A stretch of 64,000 nt of DNA from an uncultured Verrucomicrobiae bacterium (GTDB lineage Bacteria; Verrucomicrobiota; Verrucomicrobiia; Opitutales; JABDGR01), in assembly GCA_963765205.1 (NCBI GenBank), contig CAVXVB010000007.1, positions 288,001 to 352,000 of the forward strand, written 5' to 3'. Position numbers and translations under genes: made by a program. The notes beneath the pieces were generated by a model. It made no database searches. It was not told the DNA's origin and saw only the letters and a program-made list of their open reading frames with translations. Of this stretch, positions 63,716-64,000 are shown piece by piece. How positions within the stretch are numbered: position 1 is the first letter of the stretch; each line of letters begins with the position of its first letter.

Positions 63716-64000
63716 AGTATTTCCGCCTCATCGCCGCCAACCTCAAGCGCCACAAGACGCGGACGCTGCTCACGCTGCTGTCCATTCTGGTCGCGTTCTT
63801 GCTCTATGGGTTTTTGTGCGCGATCCAGCAGGCGCTCACCGGCGGCGTCAGTATGGCGCAGGCGGACCGGCTGATCACGCGGGACAAGGTCTCGATCATC
63901 CAAACCCTGCCCGAAAGCTACCAGGCGCGGATTGCGCGGATTCCGGGCGTGGCGGCAATTTCGCACCAAACCTGGTTTGGTGGCATCTACCAAGACCCGA
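63712..64000 (+). CDS. ABC transporter permease (MacB/FtsX-like), truncated by the window edge
   Basis: [31 protein letters not shown]...RLIT...S..Q.LP; ATGA overlap with the ATPase gene. Confidence 0.85.
   Translation, partial: MKYFRLIAANLKRHKTRTLLTLLSILVAFLLYGFLCAIQQALTGGVSMAQADRLITRDKVSIIQTLPESYQARIARIPGVAAISHQTWFGGIYQDP

Overview
GC-rich bacterial chromosomal window. Gene content and style suggest Verrucomicrobiota (Opitutales-like); this is inferred, not proven. Most of it is housekeeping and envelope/metabolic genes: psd, glgB, a UbiB-family kinase with phasin and sixA, an OYE reductase, rpmG, Mrp, rlmN, a CHASE2 cyclase, MATE, dsbD, HPr, a sigma factor, nadD-rsfS, pdxA, lpxA, aroB, nrdR, uvrC, a three-gene two-component cluster and an ABC exporter. 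It also has two tRNA-Leu genes, one intact IS5-family element and two DUF433/DUF5615 toxin-antitoxin pairs. About nine genes carry apparent single-base frameshifts, including nadD and pdxA, which most likely reflects assembly indels. The most unusual unexplained structure is a set of at least 12 intergenic long hairpins whose arms are built from short 7-9 nt tandem repeats. They fall into several sequence families, nest inside one another and have invaded gene ends. Other notable items: three tandem GT-C-like membrane paralogs sharing an upstream motif, a PadR locus with constant-N/variable-C partner proteins, two tandem helical-repeat exported proteins, apparently leaderless promoters, and a duplicated promoter/5'-end flanking an esterase gene. 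No CRISPR array, rRNA or prophage was seen.
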